From Candidatus Marinacidobacterium sp. (lineage in GTDB: Bacteria; Acidobacteriota; Vicinamibacteria; Marinacidobacterales; Marinacidobacteraceae), in assembly GCA_965243415.1 (NCBI GenBank), contig OZ251549.1, positions 3,899,802 to 3,963,801 of the forward strand: a DNA stretch of 64,000 nucleotides, written 5' to 3'. Under the pieces are notes generated by a model. It worked only from the letters and a program-made list of their open reading frames with translations, had not been told where the DNA came from and searched no databases. Within the stretch, counting starts at the first letter, position 1, and every line of letters starts with the position of its first letter. Positions 46,338 to 56,896 of this stretch are shown here, piece after piece. The translations under genes were made by a program, and so were the position numbers.

Positions 46338-47513
46338 ATGACCTTCCGCCGCGTCCTCTTCTGGACCCACCTGGTCGTCGGCGCCCTCGCCGGCCTGGTC
46401 GTCCTGCTGATGTCGGTGACCGGGGTGATCCTCGCCTTCGAGGTCCAACTGAACGACTGGGCGCGCCGGGACTACCGCGCCGCCACCGCCCCCACCGCCC
46501 CGCTCACCGCCGACCGCCTCCTCGAGATCGCCGCCGCCGAAGCCCCGGAAGGCGCCGCCCCCAGCAGCCTCCTGCTCTCCGCCGACCCCCTCGACCCGGC
46601 CGTCGTCGGCCTCGGCCGCGGCCGCAGCCTCTACCTCGCCCGGGCCTCCGGCGAGGTCCTCGGCGACGGCAACGGCCGGATGCGCCGCTTCCTCCGCAGC
46701 GTCATGTACTGGCACCGCTGGCTCGCCCTGGAAAACGAGAGCCGCGCCGCGGGCCGGGCGGTGACCGGGGCCGCCAACCTGCTCTTCCTGTTCCTCATCC
46801 TCAGCGGCATCTACCTCTGGTGGCCCCGGAACCTCACCCCCCGGGCGCTCCGGCACGCGCTCTGGTTCCGCCGCGGCCTGCGCGGCCGGGCGCGCGACTT
46901 CAACTGGCACAACGTGGCCGGGTTCTGGCTGGCCCTCCCGCTGGCGGTCGTGGTGGTGAGCGGCGCGATGATCTCCTACCGCTGGGTCGGCCGTTTCATC
47001 GAGTTCGCCGTGGGCGGGCCCCCGACCGCCTCCGCGCAGGAGTCCCTCGGCGACGACGACTCCGGCGACGACTCCGGCGACCCGCTCCCGCCGCCGGCGA
47101 CCACCCCGCCGGCCCTGCCGACCATGCAGTCCCTGGTCGACCGCGCGGCCGCCGGGACGCCGGGCTGGCGGCGGCTCACCCTGCGCCTCCCCGGGGACGA
47201 GACCGCCCCCTGGACCGTCCGGACGGACACCGGCGCCGGCCGCCAGCCCTCCCACTGGCGGAACCACCGCTTCGACCGCGCCACCGGCGCCCTGCTCGAG
47301 GTCGGCCCGGTCGCCGAGACCCGCGCCGGGGCCGTCCGGTACTGGCTGCGCTTCGCCCACACCGGCGAGGTGTACGGCCTCCCCGGCCAGACGGTGGCGG
47401 CCGTCGCCTCCGCGGCCGGGGCGCTGCTGGTCTGGACCGGCTTCGCCATGGCCTGGCGCCGGTTCTTCCCGAAGAAGAAACGATTCGGCCCCGGCGACGC
47501 CTTCGAGGTGTAA
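46338..47513 (+). CDS. PepSY-associated TM helix protein (PiuB-like)
   Basis: FWTHLVVGALAGLVVLLMSVTG, MYWHRWL, FNWHNVAGFW and a C-terminal HTGEVYGLPGQ. Topology is typical of the PepSY_TM family. Confidence 0.85.
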   Translation: MTFRRVLFWTHLVVGALAGLVVLLMSVTGVILAFEVQLNDWARRDYRAATAPTAPLTADRLLEIAAAEAPEGAAPSSLLLSADPLDPAVVGLGRGRSLYLARASGEVLGDGNGRMRRFLRSVMYWHRWLALENESRAAGRAVTGAANLLFLFLILSGIYLWWPRNLTPRALRHALWFRRGLRGRARDFNWHNVAGFWLALPLAVVVVSGAMISYRWVGRFIEFAVGGPPTASAQESLGDDDSGDDSGDPLPPPATTPPALPTMQSLVDRAAAGTPGWRRLTLRLPGDETAPWTVRTDTGAGRQPSHWRNHRFDRATGALLEVGPVAETRAGAVRYWLRFAHTGEVYGLPGQTVAAVASAAGALLVWTGFAMAWRRFFPKKKRFGPGDAFEV

Positions 47514-47729
47514 CCGGGTCCGGCCCCCCCGCCGCGGCGTCCTCCGGCGCCCGTCTCCGGCAGCCGCACCCGCCCCGGGCAACGCGGCGCCCGGGAAACG
47601 GAACGCCATCGGTTAAGATTCAGGGTTCCTTTCACGGAGCGGGCCCCGCTCCGATCCCCCGGGGGCGCCCCGGCGGTTCCTCCGCCCGAGACCCGCCGCC
47701 CCCGCAACGGCCCGACGAGGAGGTCGCTC

Positions 47730-50300
47730 TTGCCTACCCCCACCGGAGATCGCCGCCGCCACGCGGTCTCGGTCTTCCTCCCCCCGATCCTCGGCCTGAT
47801 TCTCGGCGCCGGCCTCGCGCTCACCGGTTGCGGCGAGGACTCCGCCACCACTCCGGCCCCGGCTCCCGCGCCGGCCCCCAGTCCCCCGCCGGCGCCGGAC
47901 CCGGTCGGGGTTCCGGGCGGGCTGACCGCCACTGCCGGCCTGGACTTCCTCGAGTTCCGCTGGGAAGCGGTCGAAGGCGCCACCGGCTACGAAATCCAGA
48001 TGAGCATGAAGGAGGGGGACTTCAGCGAGGTCGTCACCGCGATGGTCACGGAGACGATGCACCGGTTCACGGTGGCCCCGGAGACCGCCGGCTACGCGCG
48101 GGTCCGGGCCCACGAGGGCGACCGCCAGGGCGACTGGAGCGAGGCGGCGATGGGGATGAGCCTCGCCGCTCCGCTCATGCTGGGCACGCCGATGCCGATG
48201 GTCTCCGACACCGGCCCGGACTACATCGAGTGGAGTTGGGCCCCGGTGGCCGACGCCGCCGGCTACCTGGTGAATGTGGCCGCGACCATGGAGGGTCTGG
48301 ACACCGCCCGCATCCAGTTCGCCCCGCAGCCGATGCACCGGGAAGAAGGCGTGGAAGCGGAGACGGAGATGGTTATCCGGGTGCGGGCCACCGGCGGCGA
48401 GCGGGAGGATCCGGTGGTGGGCGCCTGGAGCGAGGCGGTTTCGGGGATGAGTGACGCGGCGCCGATGCCGTTCATGGTGAGCATGCGGCCGCCGGAGGCC
48501 GGGGCGGACAACGCCTGCAGCGGGCAGGCGTTCTGTCCGGACGACGGGACCGATCCCAAGACGGCGCTCGCCTCCGCGAACCCGGCGCTGCTGGTGTCGG
48601 CCTCCCATCCGGCGCGGATCTCGCCGATGTTCGTGGACGGACCCCCGCCGGTCACCATCGGCGCCGGGGAGAGCGCGACCCCCTTCCGCCGGGTCTCCGG
48701 CTGGAACGCCCTGCAGAGCGCCGTGGTGGGCGAGGGCGCCGTCTTCCGGTTCGAGCGGATCACCCTCGGCGCCGGGCAGGAGGCCGCCCCGACCGGCGAC
48801 ACGATGTACATCACCTGCGGGCCCTTCGCCTGTTCCGAAGCCGCCGCCGAAGCCCCCGAGGCGCCGGAGATCACCGCCGACGCGGTCTGCGAGGAGTTCG
48901 AGGCGGACTTCCGACTGGTGAAGGGAATCGCCCTGAACCGCTCCGCCACGGACAAGTACAACGGCGTGGATGTCGGCTGGCTCTACACCATCAGCCACCC
49001 GGCCGAGGTGACCCACGAATTCACGACCATCCCGACTCATACCGGCTCCCTGGAGGTTCCCGGGGGAACCGTGAAGGCGACCCGGACGGAGACCCCGCTG
49101 GTCATGAAGGCCGGTTCGGGGACGAGCAAGGTGAACAAGTTCGGTGGCCCCGACAACCGCGACGGAGATCAGACCACCGCCGACGACCCGGGCCCGATCC
49201 GGAACGGGTTCGACGCCAACGGGATGTCGCAGGACTGCGCGCCGCTGACCGGACTCGGCAACTACGAGACCTCGTACGAACGGATGGCCCTGAGCCTCTC
49301 CAAGAGCCGCGGCGAAGCGGAGAGGTTGGAGCGACCGCCGAATTGCTTCCGGCTCATGACCGACGCCGTCTATGTGACCATCGCGGCGGTCACGGAGGCG
49401 GAGGTTTCCTGGTTCGACTATGTGCCCGGGTATCAACTGCATATCGACCCGCAGTCGGTGGTTTCCTGGACCGGCAGCCGCGTGGCCTGGGGCGACGATG
49501 ATCCGTTCGAGGACCTGGAGTGCGAGCGCGTCACCTTCGAGGCGGAGGACCAGTTGGATGTCTGCGGCGAATTCCAGGAGGAAGCGGAAGCGTTCTGGGG
49601 CAAGGGCTTGGACGGTGGCCAGTTCCGACCGGAATACAACTGGGGCGCGACTGACGAGTCGGATCCATCCACTTACCAACTGTTCGATATCTCGATCCGC
49701 AACAAGGCGCCCGTCCCGGCCTCGCAGGCCTCGGGGGGGGAGTATCGACCGGCCGGGAGTCGCCACGCCCATATGTACTTGGTCAACAAGGAGAAAGGCA
49801 CCTACGGCAGCGGCGGCAACGGGGGGATCGACGGAACGGTTCGCGACTCTGATCTCTACCGGGTCGCCGGGACCCAGGGCGCCCGGAGCAGCAATACGCA
49901 GTGGCGGGCGATCGTCACCGTGAGCAACTTCGACGACGACAGCGATCCGAGGTTCGGCGACTTGGGGAAGATCGACCTAGGAACGCTTAGAGGCAGTAGA
50001 CTCAGCGGCTCCTGGCTTTGGGGGCTTCCCGATGGGATCCCTGACAACTACGACTCCGTTCAAGACCCGGACCTCGCCTGCACGGACGACGATGGCGGGG
50101 AAGGCTGCGACGCGGTGGTGGAGATACCGTTCAGCGCGACCTTGACCCGAATCGCGGACACCGACACCTGCACCTACACCATCGAGGCTTCCATGACCTG
50201 CACCTGGGACGCCGACGGCGACGAGCGCCGCGGCGGCAACAGGAACGTCGACACCACGCTCACCAACGACAACCGCTTCATCACCTGCCTGCCGAACTGA
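47730..50300 (+). CDS. Large lipoprotein with N-terminal FN3-like domains (856 aa)
   Basis: Lipobox LALTGCG, a Pro/Ala linker, and repeated modules (LEFRWEAVEGATGYEIQ; YIEWSWAPVADAAGYLV). The remainder is unknown. Confidence 0.75.
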   Translation: MPTPTGDRRRHAVSVFLPPILGLILGAGLALTGCGEDSATTPAPAPAPAPSPPPAPDPVGVPGGLTATAGLDFLEFRWEAVEGATGYEIQMSMKEGDFSEVVTAMVTETMHRFTVAPETAGYARVRAHEGDRQGDWSEAAMGMSLAAPLMLGTPMPMVSDTGPDYIEWSWAPVADAAGYLVNVAATMEGLDTARIQFAPQPMHREEGVEAETEMVIRVRATGGEREDPVVGAWSEAVSGMSDAAPMPFMVSMRPPEAGADNACSGQAFCPDDGTDPKTALASANPALLVSASHPARISPMFVDGPPPVTIGAGESATPFRRVSGWNALQSAVVGEGAVFRFERITLGAGQEAAPTGDTMYITCGPFACSEAAAEAPEAPEITADAVCEEFEADFRLVKGIALNRSATDKYNGVDVGWLYTISHPAEVTHEFTTIPTHTGSLEVPGGTVKATRTETPLVMKAGSGTSKVNKFGGPDNRDGDQTTADDPGPIRNGFDANGMSQDCAPLTGLGNYETSYERMALSLSKSRGEAERLERPPNCFRLMTDAVYVTIAAVTEAEVSWFDYVPGYQLHIDPQSVVSWTGSRVAWGDDDPFEDLECERVTFEAEDQLDVCGEFQEEAEAFWGKGLDGGQFRPEYNWGATDESDPSTYQLFDISIRNKAPVPASQASGGEYRPAGSRHAHMYLVNKEKGTYGSGGNGGIDGTVRDSDLYRVAGTQGARSSNTQWRAIVTVSNFDDDSDPRFGDLGKIDLGTLRGSRLSGSWLWGLPDGIPDNYDSVQDPDLACTDDDGGEGCDAVVEIPFSATLTRIADTDTCTYTIEASMTCTWDADGDERRGGNRNVDTTLTNDNRFITCLPN

Positions 50301-50879
50301 GCCCGGCCGGCGGCTGACCTCCGGGGCCGAGAGCATCCCCGCTCCCGGCCCCGGCCGTTCCCGACCCGGCGCCGGCGCGACCCGCCGGCGACTCCCGGCC
50401 GGGCCACTGTCGCCGGCGCCCTCGTCCCCCGGCGCCCCCGTCCCCCGCCGGAGAACCGAACCGGGAGACCGCACCGGCCCGCTGATCGGCTGATCGCGAG
50501 CCGCCGGACGGACGAAGACCGCGGACGGCCGGACACCCGGACCGGCGCCCGCTGACCGGAGTCGGCGACCCCGCGTCCCGACCGGAAGCGCCGCCATCGC
50601 CGGAACCCGACCCCGGCCCTGCCGCGGCGACCCTGCCGCGGCAGAAAGCGGGACCGGGGGGAGCGGGACCCGGGCCGGGCGCGACCCGCCCCGGGACGGT
50701 CCGCCCCCGCGATTCGGAGGGACGATCCCCCCTGACCGGGAGGCGGCCCGCCAGACCGCCGCCGCCAACATCGCTGCCGCCATCGCCGCCGCCGTCGCCG
50801 CCGCCGGGACGAGCCCCGGAAGGGCGGGGGGCCCGACGGACCGTCGCCGCCGCCACCATCGCCGCCGCAGCGACGACCC

Positions 50880-51500
50880 CCCGGGAGCGCGGCCCGCCCC
50901 CGGGGCGCAGACCGCCGGGACGCCGAGCGCCGCGCGGATGCCGCCGGGAGGATCCCCCGGAGCGCGGCCCGCCCCGGGGCGCAGACCGCCGGGACGCCGA
51001 GCGCCGCGCGGACGCCGCCGGGACGATCCCCCGGGAGCGCCGCCCGCCCCGGGGCGCAGACCGCCGGGACGCCGAGCGCCGCGCGGGCGCCGCCGGGACG
51101 ATCCCCGGGAGTACGGCCCGCCCCGGAACGCAGGCCGCCGGGACGCCGAGCGCCGCGCGGACACCGCCGGGCCGAACCTCCGGGAGCGCCGCCCGCCCCG
51201 GGGCGCAGACCGCCGGGACGCCGAGCGCCGCGCGGACGCCGCCGGGACGATCCCCGGGAGCGCGGCCCGCCCCGGGGCGCAGACCGCCGGGACGCAGACC
51301 GCCGGGACGCCGAGCGCCGCCGGGACGAACCCCGGGAGCGCGGCCCGCCCCGGGGCGCAGACCGCCGGGACGCCGAGCGCCGCGCGGGCGCCGCCGGGCC
51401 GATCCCCGGGAGCGCGGCCCGCCCCGGGGCGCAGACCGCCGGGACGCCGAGCGCCGTGCGGGCGCCGCCGGGACGATCCCCCGGAGCGCGGCCCGCCCCG
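50880..51500. repeat. Tandem 74-75 bp repeat, about 8 copies
   Basis: The anchor gcgcagaccgccgggacgccgagcgccgcgcgg recurs at 50905, 50979, 51054 and onward. The period alternates between 74 and 75, so the reading frame is not preserved between units. Confidence 0.9.
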
Positions 51501-51879
51501 GAAGGGCCGCGCGCCGAGGCCCGGACGCCGGGCCCGCGACCGGTTCCCCCCGAAGCGCAACGGAGCGCCCCGCCCGTCCCCCCCGCCGGTCCTCCCGGAG
51601 GCGGCCCCCGGCCCTCCCCTCCCCAGTGTCGTCCTTCGGCCGGGGACGGCGCGTGACGGGGACGCCGGACGACGACGGGAGACCCCGGTCCGGCCCTCCC
51701 GGAGTCGTCCCTCCCGACCGAGCCCCGCCCGCCGTCCCGCTCCGCGTTCCGGGCCGGAGTTCCGCCGCTGTCGCCGGGCCCCCGCCCGGATTCCCGGCCC
51801 CGGAAGCCCCCCGCCCGCCGACCCGACCCCGACGAACTCCCGACGAACTCCCGACGAGCCCCGAACCCGACCCCCGCGC

Positions 51880-52580
51880 CGCCCAAGTCGCCACTCCCGG
51901 CGATCGGCTCGAACGGAGCAGCCCTCCCCCGCGCCGCCGGCCATCGCTCGAACGAAGCGGCCCTTCCCCGCGCCCCGGAGTCGTCGCCGGTGGCTGCCCG
52001 GAGTCGCCGGAGGGGATCTCGCCCCCCGCGGCAGGAGTCCTCGCCGGAAGCTGTCGAGCCGACGGAGCCGGTCCGAGCCGATGGAGGCGATTTCGCCCCG
52101 GCGCCCGGACTCGTCACCGGAGGCGAATCGCACGCCGAGGAAGCAGACTTCGCCCGAGGGGCCGGAGTCGTCACCGCCGGCCCCCGAGCGGAAGCCGGCC
52201 TCCCCTGCGCCGCCCAAGTCGCCGCCGCCGGCCACCGCTCGAACGAAGCGGCCCTCCCCCGTACCGCCGGAGTCGCCACCGGAGGCTGCCCGGAGTCGCC
52301 GGAAGGGATCTCGCCCCCGCGGCAGGAGTCCTCGCCGGAAGCCGTCGAGCCGACGGAGCCGGTCCGAGCCGATGGAGGCGATTTCGCCCCGGCGCCCGGA
52401 CTCGTCACCGGAGGCGAATCGCACGCCGAGGAAGCAGACTTCGCCCGAGGGACCGGAGTCGTCACCGCCGGCCCCCGAGCGGAAGCCGGCCTCCCCTGCG
52501 CCGCCCAAGTCGCCGCCGCCGGCCACCGCTCGAACGGAGCGGCCCTCCCCGACACCTCCGGAGTCCCCGCCACCGGCGGC
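51880..52580. repeat. Tandem ~292 bp repeat, about 2.4 copies
   Basis: The anchor ggctgcccggagtcgccgga occurs at 51992 and 52284, with long near-identical stretches after each. The period is not a multiple of 3. Confidence 0.85.
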
Positions 52581-52708
52581 GGGAGTCCTCGGTGCCGCCT
52601 CCATCCGGTCGTCGCAAAGGCCCCGGCGCCGACCTCGGCCCGCGCCGGGGCGCCCCGCCCTTCGCTCCGTACCGCCGACCCCCGGCTACGGGAAGGAAAG
52701 CGGGTCTC

Positions 52709-53150
52709 CTACGGCTCCACCCCGAAGGCCCGGCAGATCGCGTCCAGTTTCTCGACGACTTCCGGGTGGATCTCCGTCGGCTCCATGAGCGCGGCGATCT
52801 CGTGGTACCGGGTGTACGAGAGATCGGGCAGCCCGGCAGCAGTCAGCAGCGGCGGCAGCAACCGGGTTCGGGCCTTCACATCGCTCAACCACGGGTGGTC
52901 GCCAAGAGGATCCTCCGCAATGGCCAGCGGGTAGTCGCGCTTCCATGAGTCCCGCAACCTGGCGACCGCGGCCGCATCGCCGCCGGTCTCCCGCTCCACG
53001 AAGCGCGCCAGCGCCTCCGGGTGGAGCAGGTAACTCTCGATCTCGTACCGCCGCCAGCGCAGCCGCTGCAGCCCGGCACCGGTGATCTCCGTCTCCAGAA
53101 CCGCCGCCCGGGCGTCCCCGTCGCGCAGTTCCAGCCCGACGAAATGCCCC
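52709..53150 (-). pseudogene. Tandem duplicate of the 3' ~440 bp (C-terminal ~147 codons) of the downstream ATPase-TOPRIM gene
   Basis: Colinear with 53180-53621 (471 bp offset). It translates in frame to GHFVGLELRDGDARAAV..RRYEIESYLLHPEALARFVERETGGDAAAV...EVVEKLDAICRAFGVEP. It lacks the ATPase part and an obvious start for the full fragment. Confidence 0.8.
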
Positions 53151-53179
53151 CCCGGCGGCGAGGCTGGGGGGAGTGTGGC

Positions 53180-54826
53180 CTACGGCTCCACCCCGAAGGC
53201 CCGGCAGATCGCGTCCAGTTTCTCGACGACTTCCGGGTGGATCTCCGCGGGCTCCATGAGCGCGGCGATCTCGTGATACCGGGTGTACGAGAGGTCGGGC
53301 AACCCGGCGGCGGCCAGCAGCGGCGGCAGCAGTTCCGTGCGCGCCTTGGTATTCCTCAGGAAAGGGTGGTCCTCGAAAGGGTTCGCCGCCACCGCCGGCG
53401 GGTAGTCGTTCCGCCACGAGTCCCGCAACCCGGCGACCGCGGCCGCATCGCCGCCGGTCTCCCGTTCCACGAAGCGCGCCAGCGCCTCCGGGTGGAGCAG
53501 GTAACTCTCGATCTCGTACCGCCGCCAACGCAGCCGCTGCAGCCCGGCACCGGTGATCTCCGTCTCCGGAACCGCCGCCCGGGCGTCCCCGTCGCGCAGT
53601 TCCAGCCCGACGAAATGCCCTCCCGCGAGTCGCAGCGCTTCGAAGTGGTCCCGCGAACGAACCCCCGGCGTACCGCTCTCGGTCTCGAAGACCGCCGGCT
53701 TCCACATGAGTTCGGTGGCCAGCAGCCGTTCGGCGCGATGCTCCAGCCGCCGGGCCCAGGCGCCCAGGATCTCCCAGTCGGTGTAGTCCTCCACATAGAG
53801 GATTCCGCGGGCGCCGGCCATCTGCACGACCTCCGAGTTGGAAAGGACGCGCAGCGAGGTGAGCAGCCGACTCTTCTCCACATCGTCCGCCGCCATGCGC
53901 GGCCGGTCCAGCAGGATGCAGAGGTCGCGCGGCTCGACGGCATCCACGACCGCCTCCGAGTGCGTCGCGCAGATGAGTTGGCAGCGCTGCCGGGCCGCCA
54001 CCCGGCGCAACTCCCGCCAGATCGAGTTCTGCAGGATCAGGTGCAGATGCGCATCCGGTTCGTCCAGCAGCAGCACTGCCCCGGGCCGCACCTGCAGCAC
54101 CGCCAACAACATCAGGACCTGGTGGAACCCGCTTCCGGCACTGGCGACATCGAGCGGCGGCGCCGTCTCCGACTCCCGGTACTCCGCGACCACATGCGCC
54201 CCGCCGGCGAACGGTTCCAGCAGCCGGTAACCGAACAGGCGGTCCACGGATTCCACCAGCGCCTCCCAGGCCGGGGGGTTCCCGTGCGCTTCCACCAGCA
54301 GGTTGCGCAGGGTGTCCCCCGCCCGCCCGACATGGAGCAGTTGTTCGACCTTCGGCCAGTGGTACAGCGGCTCGTCTATGACCACCCCGTCCATCGGCGG
54401 AGCGAAGACCACCGGGAAATCCATCCGCTCCAGGACCTCGGGTTCCGCATCGGCGGCCGGCCGGATATACATCTGTTCGACGGTGTCCGCCCGGAACTCC
54501 ATCTTCACCGACCCGGCGTCATGGCGGACGCCGATTTCGAGGATGTCCCGATAGACGCGGTCCTTCCAGAGGTGGTCGAACGCCCGGAGCGGCACCACCG
54601 AGAACGATTGGCGGGAGATCGGGACATGGTCGTAGCCGTGCTTGCCGCGCTCCCGCGCCCCGACTTGGGCTCTCCAGTGCCGGAGAGCGAAGGCCCAAGC
54701 GGCGATGCCCTGCAGCACCGTGGTCTTGCCGGTGTTGTTGGGGCCGGCGACGACCAGGTGGCCCGGCAGCCGGAAGTCGAAGTCCCCGAACCGCTTGAAC
54801 TTCCGGACGGAGACTTCCCGGATCAT
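53180..54826 (-). CDS. ABC-type (AAA_15/21-like) ATPase fused to a TOPRIM/DUF4435-like domain (OLD-family or fused PARIS AriA-AriB-like)
   Basis: In-frame ATG 54826 (GGAGGG upstream). Walker A GPNNTGKTT, signature-like SAGSGFHQ, Walker B LLLDEPDAHLH, H-loop CATHS. C-terminal ILYVEDYTDWEIL, LELRDGD and RRYEIESYLL resemble TOPRIM/DUF4435 acidic motifs. Confidence 0.7.
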   Translation of the reverse strand: MIREVSVRKFKRFGDFDFRLPGHLVVAGPNNTGKTTVLQGIAAWAFALRHWRAQVGARERGKHGYDHVPISRQSFSVVPLRAFDHLWKDRVYRDILEIGVRHDAGSVKMEFRADTVEQMYIRPAADAEPEVLERMDFPVVFAPPMDGVVIDEPLYHWPKVEQLLHVGRAGDTLRNLLVEAHGNPPAWEALVESVDRLFGYRLLEPFAGGAHVVAEYRESETAPPLDVASAGSGFHQVLMLLAVLQVRPGAVLLLDEPDAHLHLILQNSIWRELRRVAARQRCQLICATHSEAVVDAVEPRDLCILLDRPRMAADDVEKSRLLTSLRVLSNSEVVQMAGARGILYVEDYTDWEILGAWARRLEHRAERLLATELMWKPAVFETESGTPGVRSRDHFEALRLAGGHFVGLELRDGDARAAVPETEITGAGLQRLRWRRYEIESYLLHPEALARFVERETGGDAAAVAGLRDSWRNDYPPAVAANPFEDHPFLRNTKARTELLPPLLAAAGLPDLSYTRYHEIAALMEPAEIHPEVVEKLDAICRAFGVEP

Positions 54827-55326
54827 TCTTCGCCCTCCGGGGCGTTCCGGCGATTCGTCATCGGGCGCACGCCGGGGGGAGCGTACCCGAACGGCCCGGC
54901 AGAGGCGGTTCCGGCCACGGCCCGTGGGGATCCGTCGAAGATGGCGTCGCCGGCAGGCCAACCGGGCCACTCGGCGCCTGCGACCGGTCCGGGTCCCGGA
55001 CGGCCGGGAACCCCCCGACAGCCTCCGGCGCCCTTGCCGGCGAGGTCGGGGGACACCGAAGACCTGGACGACCCGTGGCTCCATCCACCGCTCGCAGGGC
55101 ATTGCCGCGGACTCCGGCCGGAGCAGGGAAAGGCGGTCGTGCGTCCATCCGGCCCCAGCCTCCGGCCTCCGAGGACCCGAAGCACTGCTCTCGCCGCCCA
55201 GGCGCCGCGGCGGCCAAGGTCGCCGCCGCGCGTGTCGCCCGGCGCCCCTCTCGACCACGATGCTCCGGTTAGGATGCAGGGCGGCGGATCGAACACTCCC
55301 CCCGGCCACTCCTCGGGCCATCCACC

Positions 55327-56892
55327 ATGTCATCGCCCCTCCCGGACATAGATTTCAACCGGATCGTCTCCCGCGGCGGCAGCCAGCGCGCAGCGTTCGA
55401 GGAACTCTCCTGTCACCTCGCCCGGGCCGACCATCCCGGCAACGGCGGATACCGCCGCCTGCAAGGCGCGGGCGGCGACGGAGGCGTGGAGTGTCTCCTC
55501 ACCCTGCCGGACGAACGCGTCCTCGGCGTCCAGGCGAAATTCGTGAGCGATGTCCCGCGGGCTCTCACGCAGGCCGAAAAGTCGTTTCGCACTGCCCTGC
55601 AGCAGCATCCCGACCTGACGGACTACATCGTATGCCTCCCGATCGATCCGACGGGGAGGACCGCTCGCAGGGGTCGCAGCGGCCAGGAAAAGATCGCCGA
55701 CTGGATCGAGAAACGAAAGGCCGACGCCGACCGACAGGGGCGCAGGATCCAGATCGAATTCTGGACCGAATCCGATCTGAGGGAACGCCTGCTCCGACCG
55801 CCTCGATCCGACGCCGCGATCCGTTACTACTTCGACCGGACACTGCTTTCCGAGGATTGGTGGGTCAACCATTGCAAACAGGCCCTCGACCTCGCCCGTC
55901 CCCGCTACACGCCCGAGCATTCGGTGGAGACGACGCCCACCGGCTGGTTCCACGCCTTCGGCCGAACCGCCGCCTGGAAGACGGAACTGCGGGAGCGTCT
56001 CACGACCTGGTCGGAAGCGACCCGCGATGACCTGAAGGATCTGCGCGAGGCTGCATCACGGCAACCTCGATCCTCCGATACGGAAGCGGACGGCTGGTCT
56101 CCGGCCTGGCCGAAAGAAGCCCTTGCGACCTTGAGCGCCGCAGTCGCCCAAGCCGACGGCTTCCGCTCCGGTTGCGACGCCCTCTCCACGGCCCTCGACG
56201 AGACCGAAAGGAAAACCTACGACCGTTGCGTAGAGCGCGGTTCGAGACTTCTCGACGACCTCCGTGCCCTCGCCGACATCCTCTCGACCGACCTGGACCG
56301 GCGGCATTTCCCCGGCGCCTCGACATCCCCCCGATTCCGCCAACATCATGCGGAATGGGCCGGCTCCCTCCCGGCAGACAATCTCGACCGCGTGCGGAGA
56401 GTTCTGGGGAACACGGAGACTCTTCATAACCGGCTGCGTTCCTCCGAATGCTCCCTCGCCTTCGAGTCGATCCTCTTCCTGACCGGCCCGGCGGGGGCCG
56501 GCAAGACGCACACTCTGTGCGACACCCTGACGAGCCGCGCCTCGGCCGATCTACGGACGGTGATGCTGTTCGGACACCAGTTCGACCCGGCCCGCAGTCT
56601 CGACGCGCAACTTGCCGCGAACCTCGCGCTTCCCCACGATCTGACGACCCCCACCCTCCTCGATCTCCTCGAGTCAGAGGGACGGACGCGTTCGGCGGCC
56701 GTTCTCCTGTGCCTCGATGCCGTGGACGAAGCGCAACACCGCGACCGGTGGCCCGATGAGATCCGCCGACTCGTCAGTCTCCTCGATGACCGTCCCCAAG
56801 TGCGTCTCTGTGTCGCCTGCCGGACCGCCTTCGCCAAGACCTGCCTTCCGCGCGGCTACGAGGAGCAGACCGTCGTGCACCCCGGTTTCTGA
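55327..56892 (+). CDS. Mrr-like PD-(D/E)xK nuclease domain plus P-loop STAND/NACHT-like NTPase (N-terminal part of an Avs-like protein)
   Basis: GDGGVEC...GVQAKF (Mrr-type D..QxK). Walker A LTGPAGAGKTH, Walker B VLLCLDAVDEA, sensor-like RLCVACR. It ends at TGA 56890-56892 inside the NTPase module. Confidence 0.7.
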   Translation: MSSPLPDIDFNRIVSRGGSQRAAFEELSCHLARADHPGNGGYRRLQGAGGDGGVECLLTLPDERVLGVQAKFVSDVPRALTQAEKSFRTALQQHPDLTDYIVCLPIDPTGRTARRGRSGQEKIADWIEKRKADADRQGRRIQIEFWTESDLRERLLRPPRSDAAIRYYFDRTLLSEDWWVNHCKQALDLARPRYTPEHSVETTPTGWFHAFGRTAAWKTELRERLTTWSEATRDDLKDLREAASRQPRSSDTEADGWSPAWPKEALATLSAAVAQADGFRSGCDALSTALDETERKTYDRCVERGSRLLDDLRALADILSTDLDRRHFPGASTSPRFRQHHAEWAGSLPADNLDRVRRVLGNTETLHNRLRSSECSLAFESILFLTGPAGAGKTHTLCDTLTSRASADLRTVMLFGHQFDPARSLDAQLAANLALPHDLTTPTLLDLLESEGRTRSAAVLLCLDAVDEAQHRDRWPDEIRRLVSLLDDRPQVRLCVACRTAFAKTCLPRGYEEQTVVHPGF

Positions 56893-56896
56893 GCTC

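Noticed and set aside
49977-52788. Very long ORFs on both strands (875, 799, 537, 616 and 440 aa) across the 50.3-52.7 kb tract
   Set aside because: They are composed of tandem DNA repeats whose periods (74/75 and 292 bp) break the frame between copies. Composition is extreme in Arg, Pro and Gly, and there are no start contexts.
54827-55326. Small ORFs (for example 55075..55272) in the 500 bp divergent intergenic region between the ATPase-TOPRIM and STAND genes
   Set aside because: Arg/Ala/Pro-rich translation with no SD or start context. The region is more likely to hold divergent promoters.
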